Source of the DNA: Octopus sinensis
Taxonomy: Eukaryota
DNA length: 64,000 nt
NCBI RefSeq assembly: GCF_006345805.1
Contig: NC_043005.1
Location: 84,010,001-84,074,000, forward strand
Direction of reading: 5' to 3'
Both the position numbers and the translations under genes were made by a program. The notes beneath the pieces are model-generated. The model searched no databases, was not told the origin of the DNA, and saw nothing but the letters and a program-made list of their open reading frames with translations. This document shows positions 63,951 through 64,000 of this stretch, one piece after another. Position 1 is the stretch's first letter, and each line of letters starts with the position of its first letter.

Positions 63951-64000
63951 GTGTATGGGGTTGACATATATTTTTTTATTCTTTCCTTTAGTTTAGTCAT

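Overview
AT-rich, repeat-saturated eukaryotic DNA. The SINE families, microsatellite load and LINE set resemble an octopod cephalopod (inference from family recognition, not from a search). I cannot support any complete host protein-coding gene. Almost all of the supplied ORFs are microsatellite translations or antisense shadows of transposons. The window contains: (i) an intact 260-codon L1/Tx1-clade ORF2 endonuclease frame on the minus strand that runs off the left edge and is missing from the ORF track; (ii) fragments of CR1, RTE and R4/Dong LINEs, Tc1/mariner, hAT, piggyBac-like and Merlin-like MITEs, and two Helitron-type elements; (iii) dozens of tRNA-derived SINEs from at least three families; (iv) a full-length but mutated U6 snRNA copy fused to a SINE and inserted as one unit into a MITE TIR; (v) several mini- and microsatellites. 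The most striking pattern is a set of short, RT-less elements from several unrelated sequence families that each encode a type I hammerhead ribozyme. They sit in or beside (TA)n tracts, and three of them occur as outward-facing inverted dimers (14.3-14.8 kb, 22.8-23.0 kb, 24.8-24.9 kb). One of these also carries a tRNA B-box-like head. Hammerheads in Penelope pseudo-LTRs are known; whether these families and this dimer architecture have been described in this lineage needs a database check.
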